Assembly (NCBI GenBank): GCA_013239625.1
Contig: MU053493.1
Location: 1,869,793 to 1,933,792 of the forward strand
Direction of reading: 5' to 3'
Origin: Lama guanicoe
Taxonomy: Eukaryota
DNA length: 64,000 nucleotides
Shown here in pieces: positions 63,347 through 64,000 of the stretch; the first letter of the stretch is position 1, and every line of letters starts with the position of its first letter. The position numbers were made by a program, and so were the translations under genes. The notes under the pieces were generated by a model, which was not told the origin of the DNA, did not search any database, and saw only the letters and a list, made by a program, of their open reading frames with translations.

Positions 63347-64000
63347 GTTTTTAATTGAAATATGATTGATTTACAATGTTGTGGAGGGTAGGGTATAGCT
63401 CAGCGATTTATAGAGTGCGTGCCAACATGCATGAGGTCCTGGGTTCATGCCCCAGTATCGCCGTTAAAATAAATAAATAAACAAACCTGATTACCTCCCA
63501 GCACCAAAAAACCCCAAACAAACAAACAAACAAACAAATGTTGTGTTAGTTTCTGGTCTACAGCAAAGTGACTCAGTCATACAAATATATACACATATTT
63601 TTTCATATTCTTTTTCATTATAGGCTATTAAAAGGTATTGAATATAGTTCCCTGTGCTATACAGTAGGACCTTGTTGTTTATCTCTTTTATGTATAGTAG
63701 TGTTTATCTGTTAACCCAAACTCCTAATTTATCCCTACCCACCTTTTCCCTTTGGTAACCATAAGTTTGTTTTCTATGTCTATGAGTCTCTTTCTGTTTT
63801 GAAAATAAGTTCATTTGTCTCATTTTTTAGATTCCATATATAAGTGGTATCATATGATATTTGTCTTTCTCTGTCTGACTTACTTAACTTAGTATGATGA
63901 TCTCCAAGTCCATCCATGTTGCTGCAAATGGCATTATTTCATTCTTTCTAATGGCTGAGTAGTATTCCATTGTATATTTTTATACCACAACTTCTTTATC
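63347..64000 (-). mobile_element. L1 3' end (continues past window) interrupted by a + strand Vic-1-like SINE at 63384-63536
   Basis: SINE flanked by TSD AATGTTGTG (63375-63383 and 63537-63545) inside the L1 3'UTR. Confidence 0.9.

Noticed and set aside
1..64000. CRISPR arrays, rRNA, operons or intact ERV gag/pol/env
   Set aside because: Eukaryotic sequence; no repeat-spacer arrays or rRNA seen, and all LTRs appear solo

Overview
Mammalian non-coding DNA, most likely camelid (alpaca/camel), judged from about 13 copies of a tRNA-derived SINE matching my recollection of the camelid Vic-1 type. The window is rich in interspersed repeats: L1 of several ages (including an old 5'UTR-ORF1-ORF2 copy at 4.2-10.9 kb with nested insertions), L2, MIR, MaLR/MLT1, MER21-like and MER41-like solo LTRs, and a hAT-Charlie element. 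I recognise no intact protein-coding gene; the supplied ORFs are mostly L1 remnants or composition artefacts. The non-repeat structure includes three CpG-rich promoter-like islands (about 3.4-4.0, 23.6-24.2 and 53.95-54.26 kb); the latter two carry CRE/RFX/MYB/NRF1-type motifs typical of male germline promoters. There are also several homeodomain/TCF-motif-rich enhancer-like patches and an ungapped 71-bp local duplication at 52.9/53.7 kb. The most interesting element is a candidate decayed multi-exon minus-strand gene at about 54.6-56.7 kb: three short exons with canonical splice sites plus a ~1.4-kb terminal exon with very few stops. Repeat family names come from recalled consensus features and boundaries are approximate unless TSDs are given.
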